The position numbers and the translations under genes were made by a program. Below are positions 50,859-60,156 of a DNA stretch of 64,000 nt, piece by piece; the first letter of the stretch is position 1, and each line of letters opens with the position of its first letter. Source of the stretch: Candidatus Binatia bacterium (GTDB lineage: Bacteria; Desulfobacterota; Binatia; UBA9968; JAJDTQ01); the NCBI GenBank assembly GCA_963666515.2, contig OY762897.2:4544001-4608000 (forward strand). The letters run 5' to 3'. The notes under the pieces are model-generated. The model did not search any database, was not told the origin of the DNA, and was given only the letters and a program-made list of their open reading frames with translations.

Positions 50859-51931
50859 TGCCGGCACCGCAGTTGCTCGCAGTCGAGGCATTCGCAGGGG
50901 GGGGCGGTCTGGCCGTTGGTCTGCGAGAGGCCGGCATTCGGACGGTTGCGGCAATAGAGATTGAGCCACATGCGGCCGCGACGTTCAAGGCCAATCATCC
51001 TCATGTACACGTATTTCGGCAAGATGTTCGGGAGGTCTCCGGCAAGGAGTTACTGAAGTTGGCCTCGGGGGGAGTCCATGTACTTGCAGCCTGCCCGCCG
51101 TGCCAGGGGTTCTCAAGCCTTACGTCAAAATGGCGACGAGACGATTCGCGAAACGAACTCGTGTCCGAAGTAGGTCGGTTGGCCCGGGAAATGCGGCCGC
51201 AAGCGATCATGATGGAAAATGTTCCCGGGTTGGGACAGAAGGGCAAGTCTTTGCTTGATGCCCTGATCTCAGAATTGAAAGTGCTAGGTTACATGTTGAA
51301 CTGTGATGTGCTCCAGGTCGCAGACTACGGTGTTCCGCAACGCCGTCGCCGACTCGTGCTTCTGGCCGGACTGGGCTTCCACATTGACATGCCGGAACCC
51401 ACGCACTCCAGGACCGGAGCCAACGGCCTTGAAAAATGGAGGACCTTACGCGACGCAATCCACGGGATGGAGGGACCTCTCACATTTCGCGAAGCCAAGA
51501 GTCGCGGTGGCGCTCAACTGTTCGGCTGGCATGTAGTACGCGACCTCGCTCCGCAGAATCGCCGTCGATTGCAAGCGGCGAAGCCGGGTGGTACGTGGTC
51601 AGACTTTTCGGAGGACCTGCGGGTTGACTGCCACCGAGGCGAATACAGAGGATTCTCCAATGTTTACGGACGGATGGTGTGGGATGAGCCATCGGTAACG
51701 ATTACCGCCGGTTGTACGACCTTAAGCAAGGGACGTTTTGGTCATCCAGATGAAGACCGAACCATTTCGTTGCGGGAGGCCGCCACGCTGCAGACGTTCC
51801 CATCAAGTTACATTTTCGAGACCCCGTACTTTGAACGCGCATGCGAAATTGTTGGAAACGCACTCCCCTGCCTATTCGCTAAGGCGATCGCGCGACGCGT
51901 CAAAGAAGCAATGTTGGATGCGAGCGCTTGA
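50855..51931 (+). CDS. dcm: DNA (cytosine-5)-methyltransferase
   Basis: Motifs 'FAGGGG', 'PPCQGFS', 'ENVPG', 'YGVPQRRRR', 'REAA.LQTFP', 'GNA'. Confidence 0.95.
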   Translation: MMPAPQLLAVEAFAGGGGLAVGLREAGIRTVAAIEIEPHAAATFKANHPHVHVFRQDVREVSGKELLKLASGGVHVLAACPPCQGFSSLTSKWRRDDSRNELVSEVGRLAREMRPQAIMMENVPGLGQKGKSLLDALISELKVLGYMLNCDVLQVADYGVPQRRRRLVLLAGLGFHIDMPEPTHSRTGANGLEKWRTLRDAIHGMEGPLTFREAKSRGGAQLFGWHVVRDLAPQNRRRLQAAKPGGTWSDFSEDLRVDCHRGEYRGFSNVYGRMVWDEPSVTITAGCTTLSKGRFGHPDEDRTISLREAATLQTFPSSYIFETPYFERACEIVGNALPCLFAKAIARRVKEAMLDASA

Positions 51932-52022
51932 CGCTCCGCATCATCAACGCAAGGCCACCTGAGCCGGAAGGCGGGGGCGTCGCGTTCCACCTGCCCTTAG
52001 CGCCCCGCCGGCGTCTCAAACT

Positions 52023-52280
52023 GAACACGGAGGAGAGATCATGTCCTATGCTCAGCAACTCCTGGAGGCAGGTCGGAGCCAAGGCCGAGAGGAGGGCGCA
52101 AGACAAGGAAAGGTAGAAACCGTTGAAGGTCTTCTGAGGGTCGGAGTGTCGTGGGACGTGATCGAGTCGGCGACAGGGTTGAATGAAGCCCGGTTCCACG
52201 CTCTCAAGGAGCAGTTGTCGGCGTCCGACCGGTCCGACGGGCAGGGGGTAGATAGAGTAGAGGTCGCACGGCATGACCGG
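52023..52280 (+). repeat. Diverged direct repeat, copy 2 (contains the Rpn C-terminal mini-ORF from ATG 52041)
   Basis: Matches 47379-47653 with scattered substitutions and small indels. Confidence 0.9.
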
Positions 52281-53142
52281 AAACTTCACGGTCCGCACCA
52301 AGGGCCAAGACGAGCGCGAGTTGCTAAGCTTGACAGCCACCGTGTCCTTTGATGATCGATATCGCCAAACGGCTTCGCTCGATGACCTGTCCCATCGCCT
52401 TATCCGGGAATTTCTGCGGGATATTGGCAGCGACCTCGCGTTCGAAGCGGCGGAGCTTTCCGTCGAGGACTTGGGCAAGCGCCTTAACATCGTCGGCGGT
52501 CCACCCGAGGCGTTGTTTCCGAAGAACGTCGGGCTGCTGTTCTTCAATGACAGCCCGCACGACTTCTTCCCCGCAACACAGATCGACGTCGTGTGGTTCC
52601 CGGACGGCCCGGGTGGGGACCAATTCGAGGAGAAAGAGTTTCGAGGTCCCCTGTCGATCATACTCCGCGAGGCCCTCGGCTTCATCGAGAGGAACTATCT
52701 GAAGGTGACGGTCGTCAAGTATCCTCACAAGCCGGAAGCGGAGCGATTTTGGAACTTTCCCATAGAGGCCATCGAAGAAGCGGTGGTCAACGCCATCTAT
52801 CACCGCTCATACGAGGAGCGGGAACCCGTGGAGGTACGCATTACCCCGGAAGAGATGGTGGTCCTGAGCTTCCCCGGCCCCGACCGATCCATCCGCATGG
52901 AAGATTTCAAGACAGGGCAAGCCGTCAGCCGCCGCTACCGCAATCGCCGGATTGGAGAGTTTCTCAAGGAACTCGATCTGGCCAAAGGCAGGTCAACCGG
53001 AGTACCCAAGATTCTGCGGGCCATGCGGGGAAACGGCTCTCCGGCCCCGGTTTTCGAGAGCGACGAAGATCGCACTTGGTTCCTGGTCCGGCTTCCGGTG
53101 CACGAGCCACCGGCAATCAAGAGGAAGAACGCCCCTAAATGA
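52273..53142 (+). pseudogene. ATP-binding (HATPase_c_4/RecG-C-like) protein with the N-terminal AlbA domain deleted
   Basis: Motifs 'FDDR', 'PKNVGLLFF', 'FP..AIEEAVVNAIYHRSY', 'RYRNRRIGEFLKEL...GRSTG.PKI'. Confidence 0.7.
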
Positions 53143-54632
53143 ACACCGCCCCCATCGTCTCCAAAGTCTGGAGCTTTTGCACGACCCTGCGCGACGACGG
53201 CGTCAGCTATGGCGACTACCTGGAGCAGCTTACCTACCTGATCTTCCTCAAGATGGCCGACGAGTACGGGAAGCCGTTGCGCAACCGTGACGTGGGCATC
53301 CCGGCCGAGTACAACTGGTCGAGCCTGAGGTCGAAGCGGGGCGCGGAACTGGAAAGCCACTACGTCACGCTGCTTCGCGAGCTTGGCGCCAAGACCGGCA
53401 TGCTGGGGCAGATCTTCACCAAGGCGCAGAACAAGATCCAGGACCCGGCGAAACTGTACCGTCTCATCGACATGGTGGACGACACCGAGTGGGTCACCAT
53501 GGGCGCCGACGTCAAGGGGGACATCTACGAGGGTCTGCTTGAGAGGAACGCCGAGGACACGAAGTCGGGCGCCGGGCAGTATTTCACGCCTCGCGCCCTC
53601 ATCCGCGCCATGGTGGAATGCTTGCGGCCGGAACCGGGAAAGCTCATCGCCGACCCGGCCTGCGGCACCGGCGGGTTCTTTCTCGCGGCCTACGACTTCC
53701 TCAACAACCGGGACAACTTCAACCTGGATCGGCAGCAGAACGCCTTCCTCAAGCACGAGACGTTTCACGGCAACGAGATCGTCGCCAATACCCGGCGCCT
53801 GTGCCTGATGAACATGCTCCTCCACAACATCGGCGAGATTGACGGCAGCGCGCCCATATCGCCCAATGACGCGCTGGTGGCCGATTCCGGGCAGCGCTTC
53901 GACTACGTGTTCGCCAACCCGCCGTTCGGCAAGAAGAGCTCCATGAGCTTCACCAACGAGGAAGGGGAGCAGGAGACGGACGAGCTGACCTACAACCGGC
54001 AGGATTTCTGGGCTGCCACCTCCAACAAGCAGCTCAATTTCGTGCAGCACATCCGTACCATGCTCAAGACCGACGGCCGCGCCGCGGTCGTGGTGCCGGA
54101 CAACGTGCTGTTCGAGGGCGGCGCCGGCGAGACCATACGCAAGAAGCTGCTGGACAGCACGGACCTGCACACGATCCTGCGCCTTCCCACCGGCGTGTTC
54201 TACGCCCAGGGGGTCAAGGCCAACGTGATCTTCTTCGACAACCGCGAAGCCAGCCCCGATCCCTGGACGAAGCGGGTCTGGTACTACGACTACCGCACCA
54301 ACATTCACCACACGCTCAAGAAGAAGCCCATGCGCTACGAGGACCTGTCGGATTTCGTGAAGTGCTACAACCCGCGGAACCGGCATCGGCGCAAGCCCAC
54401 CTGGGACGAGAACGCCGCGCCGGAGGGCCGCTGGCGCAGCTACAGCTACGAGGAACTCACCGCCCGCGACAAGACCAGCCTCGACATCTTCTGGCTCAAG
54501 GACAAGAGCCTGACCGACCTGGACAACCTGCCCGAACCCGACGACTTGGCCGAGGAGATCATCGAGAACATCGAAGCCGGCCTCAACAGTTTCCGCGAGG
54601 TGCTTGCCGGGTTGCGGCAGGCGGGCGGTTAA
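53139..54632 (+). CDS. hsdM: Type I RM N6-adenine methyltransferase subunit
   Basis: Motifs 'LRDDGVSYGDYLEQLTYL', 'GAGQYFTPR', 'DPACGTGGF', 'NPPFG'. Confidence 0.95.
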   Translation: MNTAPIVSKVWSFCTTLRDDGVSYGDYLEQLTYLIFLKMADEYGKPLRNRDVGIPAEYNWSSLRSKRGAELESHYVTLLRELGAKTGMLGQIFTKAQNKIQDPAKLYRLIDMVDDTEWVTMGADVKGDIYEGLLERNAEDTKSGAGQYFTPRALIRAMVECLRPEPGKLIADPACGTGGFFLAAYDFLNNRDNFNLDRQQNAFLKHETFHGNEIVANTRRLCLMNMLLHNIGEIDGSAPISPNDALVADSGQRFDYVFANPPFGKKSSMSFTNEEGEQETDELTYNRQDFWAATSNKQLNFVQHIRTMLKTDGRAAVVVPDNVLFEGGAGETIRKKLLDSTDLHTILRLPTGVFYAQGVKANVIFFDNREASPDPWTKRVWYYDYRTNIHHTLKKKPMRYEDLSDFVKCYNPRNRHRRKPTWDENAAPEGRWRSYSYEELTARDKTSLDIFWLKDKSLTDLDNLPEPDDLAEEIIENIEAGLNSFREVLAGLRQAGG

Positions 54633-54815
54633 GCAGCCAAACGTGCCTACTATAGGCCGCGAACACCATCAGAGGTGCCCGGGTTGGAGTGGGGCTACGT
54701 GTTTCGATGGGGCTCTCACTGGCCCCTGGCTTTTGCAATCCACCTCCCGGTATTGTATGCTTGATTCCTACCTTCGGCCACCCCGGCTATACTGTATATA
54801 GGGGGGCCGAACTAC

Positions 54816-54839
54816 AGAAGGCCCCTGCGGGGGCCTTCT
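54816..54839. terminator. GC hairpin upstream of the NYN remnant
   Basis: AGAAGGCCCC-TGCG-GGGGCCTTCT followed by CACTTT. Confidence 0.45.
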
Positions 54840-54859
54840 CACTTTGGGGGGAGAAGCGT

Positions 54860-55202
54860 ATGTCACGGGCGGCGATATTTGTCGATGCCGGGTACCTGTT
54901 TGCCCAGGGCTCCACGGCATCAGGACTCACCAGGAATGAGTACCAGTGAACCCGATCATGATGACCGGAGGATGCTGACGGACTTCATCGAGCGATTCGT
55001 CAATGAGCTCAGCGATGACCAGATCACCAAGCTGAGGGAACACTGGGCCAGGGCAGATGACGTTCCTCCAGAATATGACGGCAAGTTGCTGGCGACAGGG
55101 CGTTCCATTCTAGGGCGCAAGTTGGATCAGGAGGAACGACGGTTTCTCCGAGGCACATTCAGAGAGAAAGTGAGTTCGCCTGTGTCGAGCGGGGCGAGTT
55201 GA
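54860..55202 (+). pseudogene. NYN/LabA-domain gene with a large internal deletion
   Basis: The NYN start motif 'MSRAAIFVDAGYLFAQGS' is joined out of frame to a C-terminal helical part, 'VPPEYDGKLLA...GRKLD..ERR.LR..F'. Confidence 0.6.
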
Positions 55203-55384
55203 CGCCTGCTTCAGGAGGTCAGCGTGAGATGGAGACCGCACGGCATGCGGCCCGCTATACGTTCAATAAGACCCGGAGAGTCAACCTGCCGCTCACCGAG
55301 AACAGATAACTGGCGTCAATCCCGTGAAGGATTGGCAGCAGGAAGTCGGTAGCGCATTGGCGCTAGCGCCAGCCTTCCTCCAGC

Positions 55385-56875
55385 ATGGACTCACCTGCAA
55401 CAGTCCTCGTCACCGGCGCCACCGGCTACATCGGCGGTCGTCTGACTCCGCACCTCCTTCGAGAAGGCCATCACGTACGCGTCCTGGCTCGCAGTGCCGC
55501 CCGTGTCCGCTCGCGTTCCTGGGCGGAGCGGGTTGAGATCGTCGAGGGCGACGCGCTCGACCGGGACACGCTGTCGCGCGCTCTGGCGGGCGTCGATTGC
55601 GCCTTCTACCTGATCCACAGCATGGGCAGCGGCGCGGGGTTCCACGAGATGGACCTGGAGGCGGCGCGGCTTTTCGGACAGGTTGCCCGCGAAGTCGGCG
55701 TCCGCCGGATCGTCTATCTGGGAGGATTGGGCGACCCCAAGGCCGACCTGTCGCAACACCTGCGCTCCAGGCAAGAGACGGGGCGGGCGCTTCGCGAAGC
55801 GGGCGTTCCGGTGACGGAGTTCCGGGCGGCGGTGATCGTGGGCTCCGGCAGCATCTCCTTCGAGATGATCCGCTACTTGGTGGAGCGGCTGCCGGTGATG
55901 GTCTGTCCCCGCTGGATCTACTCGCGCGTCCAGCCCATCGCGGTGAACGACGTGCTGGACTATCTTGCCGCGGCAGTGACCAACGCCGCGTGCGGCGACA
56001 AGGAGATCGAGATCGGCGGCGAAGGGGTGACCACGTACAAGGGAATGATGCTGGGGTATGCCAGGGCCAGGGGTCTCCGGCGCTGGCTCGTGCCGGTGCC
56101 GGTGCTCACGCCGCGCCTCTCGTCGTACTGGGTGCACTGGATCACGCCGATCCCGTCCAGGGTGAGCGGCCCGCTCATCGAGGGGCTTCGGAACGAGGTG
56201 ATGGTGACCGGCCGTCTGGCGCGGGAGCTGTTCCCGCAAATCCAGCCGCGGGACTACGCTGCGGCCATCGCGGAGGTGATCGAGGACCTGGAGCACGGAC
56301 GCATCGAGACCGCCTGGAGCGACGCCCACGGCGCGCCCGCGTCAGCGGATTCGTTCTCCCGCGTGGAGTCCCACGAGGGGATGATCTTCGAGCGCCGCGC
56401 ACGACAGGTGGCGGCGCCGCCCAGCGAAGTGTACCGGGTGTTCACCGGCATCGGCGGCGACCGGGGCTGGTTCCATGCCGACTGGATGTGGCGCGTCCGG
56501 GGCAGGTTCGACCGCCTGCTGGGCGGCGTGGGGCTGCGCCGGGGACGCCGGCACCCAGACGAGTTGCGCGTGGGCGACGCGCTGGATTTCTGGCGGGTGG
56601 AGGCGCTTGAGCCGGACAGGCTGGTTCGCCTGAGGGCGGAGATGAAGCTGCCTGGCCGCGCTTGGCTCCAGTTCCGGGTGTCGGCGACCGGGGACGGGAA
56701 AACCCGGCTGGAGCAGACCGCGGCCTTCCTTCCCAAGGGCCTGGGCGGCCTGCTTTACTGGTACGGCCTGTACCCGGTCCACGCTCGCATCTTCGACGGA
56801 ATGGCGCGGGAGATCGCAAGGCGCGCCGAGGCGGGCGGGGAACGGACGCCTGGATTCCGGCTTTCGCCGGAATGA
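55385..56875 (+). CDS. Atypical SDR oxidoreductase with DUF2867 (YbjT-like)
   Basis: Motifs 'VTGATGYIGG', 'YLIHSM', 'HLRSR', 'GDALDFWRVE', 'AEMKLPG.AWL', 'YWY..YP.H..IF'. Confidence 0.88.
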   Translation: MDSPATVLVTGATGYIGGRLTPHLLREGHHVRVLARSAARVRSRSWAERVEIVEGDALDRDTLSRALAGVDCAFYLIHSMGSGAGFHEMDLEAARLFGQVAREVGVRRIVYLGGLGDPKADLSQHLRSRQETGRALREAGVPVTEFRAAVIVGSGSISFEMIRYLVERLPVMVCPRWIYSRVQPIAVNDVLDYLAAAVTNAACGDKEIEIGGEGVTTYKGMMLGYARARGLRRWLVPVPVLTPRLSSYWVHWITPIPSRVSGPLIEGLRNEVMVTGRLARELFPQIQPRDYAAAIAEVIEDLEHGRIETAWSDAHGAPASADSFSRVESHEGMIFERRARQVAAPPSEVYRVFTGIGGDRGWFHADWMWRVRGRFDRLLGGVGLRRGRRHPDELRVGDALDFWRVEALEPDRLVRLRAEMKLPGRAWLQFRVSATGDGKTRLEQTAAFLPKGLGGLLYWYGLYPVHARIFDGMAREIARRAEAGGERTPGFRLSPE

Positions 56876-56880
56876 CGGAA
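56851..56880 (-). repeat. REP-like palindrome, same family as 18872-18901
   Basis: The minus strand reads TTCCGTCATTCCGGCGAAAGCCGGAATCCA. Confidence 0.8.
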
Positions 56881-56899
56881 AGATCGGAGGTTGAGTAAA

Positions 56900-57913
56900 A
56901 TGCGTTTTGGTATTGCGTTCGGGAGCTACCCTTCCGACCTGGACCGGGCGGGCGTCGTCCGCGACTTCACGGCCCGGGCGCGGGTGGCCCACGCCAGCAA
57001 CTACGAGGCGCTGTTCGTGGCCCAGCATTACTCCACCGGGCCGGACGCGGCCATGCTGCAGTCCCTGCCGCTGCTGTCCTACTTCGCCGGTCTGACACCG
57101 GGCATGTACCTCGGGACGGCGATATTTCTGCTGCCCATGCACCAGCCGCTGATGGTGGCGGAGTACACGGCCACCCTCGACAACCTGTGCGACGGCAAGT
57201 TCCTGTTCGGCATCGGCCAGGGTTATCGCGACGTCGAATTCACCTCCATGGGCGTGCCCATGCGGGAGAAGCGTCCGCGGCTTGAGGAGAGCATCGAGGT
57301 GGTGAAGCGGCTGTGGACCGAGGACGAGGTGCGCCACCAGGGCGGTTTCTACCGCATCGACGGCGTCACCATCCACCCCAAGCCCTTGCAGAAGCCCCGG
57401 CCGCCTATCCTGCTGGGCGCTGACACGGTTCCCACTGTGGAACGGGTGCCGGAGGTGGCCGACCACTGGATAGCCAGCCGCCGTCACACCAAGACGTTCC
57501 TGCGCGAAGCCGTGCCCGCCTACAAGCGCGCCTTGGATGCCCACGGCAGGCCCTTCGAGGGCCTCTACATCTTCCGCGACCTCTGCGTCGCCGACAGCCG
57601 CAAGCAGGCGGAAGACCGCATCCGCGAGGGTTACGAGCGGCGCTACGAACGTTACCAGCGCTGGGGCCAGCCCGGCGAGCGCTACGACCTGCCCTTCGAG
57701 CAGTTGCAGCAGGACCGCCTCGTCCTCGGCAGCCCCGCGGAGGTGGCCGAGCAGGTGCTCTCCTACCACCAGGAGTTCGGCGCCGAGATCATGTGGTTCA
57801 TGGTGGACTGGCCCGGCATGGATTCCGCCATCACCCTCGAAACCATCCAGCGCTTCGGCGAGGAGGTGATACCGGAGTTGAAGCGGCTGACGCCGGAGTG
57901 CCGGTTGCCGTAG
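56900..57913 (+). CDS. LLM-class flavin-dependent oxidoreductase
   Basis: Motifs 'MRFG', 'QHY', 'LGTAI.LLP...P..VAE..ATLD', 'G.GQGYR..EF', 'PKP.Q.PRPPI', 'GSP.EV', 'FGEEV.P'. An alternative TTG start lies at 56891. Confidence 0.9.
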   Translation: MRFGIAFGSYPSDLDRAGVVRDFTARARVAHASNYEALFVAQHYSTGPDAAMLQSLPLLSYFAGLTPGMYLGTAIFLLPMHQPLMVAEYTATLDNLCDGKFLFGIGQGYRDVEFTSMGVPMREKRPRLEESIEVVKRLWTEDEVRHQGGFYRIDGVTIHPKPLQKPRPPILLGADTVPTVERVPEVADHWIASRRHTKTFLREAVPAYKRALDAHGRPFEGLYIFRDLCVADSRKQAEDRIREGYERRYERYQRWGQPGERYDLPFEQLQQDRLVLGSPAEVAEQVLSYHQEFGAEIMWFMVDWPGMDSAITLETIQRFGEEVIPELKRLTPECRLP

Positions 57914-58046
57914 TGGTCGCAGGCTTCCCGGTGTAGAGCTCGACTTCACGCATGGGATGGAATCTGCCACGGCCGGGCCGGACAGGGAAGGCCATTCACT
58001 CCAGGACAGACAGGAGGTGTGATTGGGGTATTTGCAGGACGGCGGC

Positions 58047-58111
58047 CGTTATTGTAGATTGGGGCTATAAAATACAATAGCGAGCGTCGTTATTGTAATT
58101 GCGTTCAATAG
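58047..58111. promoter_or_regulatory. Array of alternating CGTTATTGTA-like motifs upstream of fic
   Basis: CGTTATTGTA (58047), TACAATAGCG (58073), CGTTATTGTA (58088), TTCAATAG (58104). Confidence 0.4.
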
Positions 58112-58123
58112 GGAAGCCCTGCC

Positions 58124-59284
58124 ATGGAGCGCGGAGAATGCGGGCGCTATCAGGTGACTCGCGTCGGCGAGGAGAGCGTTCGCGCCTTCGTGCCGGCGCC
58201 ACTGCCGCCTCAACCGCCTTTGGTCCTGGACGCTTCGTTGCAACAGGCTTTGGAATCGGCGGTCTTGGCTCTTGGCCGTCTCGACGGTGTCGCGACGCTC
58301 TTGCCGGACCACGAACTGTTCCTGTACGCCTACGTCCGCAAGGAAGCGGTGCTCTCGTCTCAAATCGAAGGTACGCAATCGTCGTTCTCCGATCTTCTTC
58401 TCTTCGAATTGGAGGAAGCCCCGGGAGTGCCGGTCGACGACGTGGTTGAGGTCTCGAACTACGTGGCGGCACTCCACTACGGGTTGAGCCGCCTTGGGGA
58501 CCAGTTTCCGCTCTCGAATCGCCTCATCCGCGAGATCCACGCCGTCCTGTTGTCAGGGGAACGGAACCGCTCCATGACGCCCGGTGAGTTTCGTCGTTCA
58601 CAGAACTGGATCGGCGGCTCCCGGCCGGGCAACGCTGTCTTTGTTCCGCCACCACACCAGGCCGTTCCCGGCTGCATGTCGGCGCTTGAACGTTTCCTCT
58701 ACTCCGAGGAGTTGCCGGTCCTGCTGCGGGCCGCGCTCTCGCACGTGCAGTTCGAAACCATTCATCCTTTTCTGGACGGGAACGGTCGTGTGGGGCGTTT
58801 GCTGATCACCCTGCTGCTGTGCGACGCCGGTGTGCTGCGCCAGCCGCTCCTGTATCTCAGCCTTTTCCTGAAGCAAAACCGGAGTACGTACTACGATCTT
58901 CTAAGTCGCGTGCGCAGCACCGGCGACTGGGAAGCATGGCTTGACTTCTTCCTTGAAGGGGTGAAACTGACGGCCGACGGCGCGGTAGGCACCGCTCGAC
59001 GCCTGTCCCGGATGTTTCAGGATGACCGGGATCGGGTCCAGACCGTTGGAGGTCGGAGAGCGGGCACGGCGCTACGCGTTCACGAGGCGCTCAAGTCCCG
59101 GCCGATCCTGTCGCTGCCCGGCGTGTGCCGTGATACCGACCTTACTTTTCACACCGTCGCTTCGGCCATGGCGCTTCTCGTGAGCCAGGGAATCGCCCGG
59201 GAGATTACCGGGAAGCGGCGTCACCGGCTGTTCGCCTACGATCAGTATCTCTCCATTCTCAACGAAGGGACCGAGGCGCCGTGA
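58124..59284 (+). CDS. Fic family protein
   Basis: Active site 'HPFLDGNGRVGR'; N-terminal inhibitory motif 'SSQIEG'; C-terminal wHTH-like 'EITGKRR.R.F.Y..YL'. Confidence 0.93.
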   Translation: MERGECGRYQVTRVGEESVRAFVPAPLPPQPPLVLDASLQQALESAVLALGRLDGVATLLPDHELFLYAYVRKEAVLSSQIEGTQSSFSDLLLFELEEAPGVPVDDVVEVSNYVAALHYGLSRLGDQFPLSNRLIREIHAVLLSGERNRSMTPGEFRRSQNWIGGSRPGNAVFVPPPHQAVPGCMSALERFLYSEELPVLLRAALSHVQFETIHPFLDGNGRVGRLLITLLLCDAGVLRQPLLYLSLFLKQNRSTYYDLLSRVRSTGDWEAWLDFFLEGVKLTADGAVGTARRLSRMFQDDRDRVQTVGGRRAGTALRVHEALKSRPILSLPGVCRDTDLTFHTVASAMALLVSQGIAREITGKRRHRLFAYDQYLSILNEGTEAP

Positions 59285-59310
59285 CAGCGGCGCGGACGGA
59301 GCGAGACGTC

Positions 59311-60156
59311 ATGAGCAAAGACTCCCCATTCCACGACCACGCGCACGCCGCCGAGTTCGACAGGCGCGCGGCCATGTCGGACATCCGCGGGCGGCTGGCC
59401 GAGCGGCTGATCGAGGCCATGGAGTTGCGCGGCGACGAGACCGTGCTGGACGTTGCCACCGGCACCGGGCGGTTTGCCCGGCCGGTTTCGCGGCGGCTGG
59501 CCGGCGGCAACATCGTCGGCATCGACGAGGCGCTGGCCATGCTGCGGGTGTCGCGGGAGCCGGACGCGGCGCCGATCTCCCGCTATGAGAGGATCGCCGC
59601 CACCGCGGAGCGCCTGCCGTTGCGGGCCGGCACCTTCGATCGCGCGTGGGTGGCGTTCAGTCTCCATCACTTCGTCAGCGCGCGGGACATGGTCAAGGAG
59701 GCGAGGCGCGTGCTCAAGCCCGGCGGCCGTCTGCTGATACTCGATCCGGTGATCCTGGCGGCGGACGACGCGCTGGACGCCGAGGTCGGCGGACTCATCA
59801 ACGAGGTCTTTCAGCGTTCCCACGGCGCGGGATTCCGTTTCTTCACGGTGGAGGAGGTCCGCGCGTTGATGACGGACGGCGGGCTGGAGGTGGTGCGCGC
59901 AGACTGCCACACCTACAGCGTGGACCAGGACGGCACCGAGGGCATCCCCACGGGCCGCCATTGGCTTGAGGTGGCGGACCAGTTGGAACAGCGGCCGGCG
60001 GAGTTGCGGGAACGCTTCGCCGAAAGGTACTTTCGCTACGAGAAGGCCGGCGACCGGCTTCACATCAGCGGCGGCTTCCACTATGGTCTCATCGCCGGAG
60101 AGAAGCGGCCCGGCGCCGCCGGCCGGCAAAGGATTCGCGGAAGGAGCACCCCATGA
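59311..60156 (+). CDS. UbiE-like class I SAM methyltransferase
   Basis: Motifs 'VLDVATGTG', 'GID....ML', 'AERLP', 'EARRVLKPGG'. An alternative GTG start lies at 59281. Confidence 0.85.
   Translation: MSKDSPFHDHAHAAEFDRRAAMSDIRGRLAERLIEAMELRGDETVLDVATGTGRFARPVSRRLAGGNIVGIDEALAMLRVSREPDAAPISRYERIAATAERLPLRAGTFDRAWVAFSLHHFVSARDMVKEARRVLKPGGRLLILDPVILAADDALDAEVGGLINEVFQRSHGAGFRFFTVEEVRALMTDGGLEVVRADCHTYSVDQDGTEGIPTGRHWLEVADQLEQRPAELRERFAERYFRYEKAGDRLHISGGFHYGLIAGEKRPGAAGRQRIRGRSTP

Noticed and set aside
47379-52280. Composite transposon or IS ends
   Set aside because: The repeats are direct gene fragments with no terminal inverted repeats, transposase or target-site duplication.
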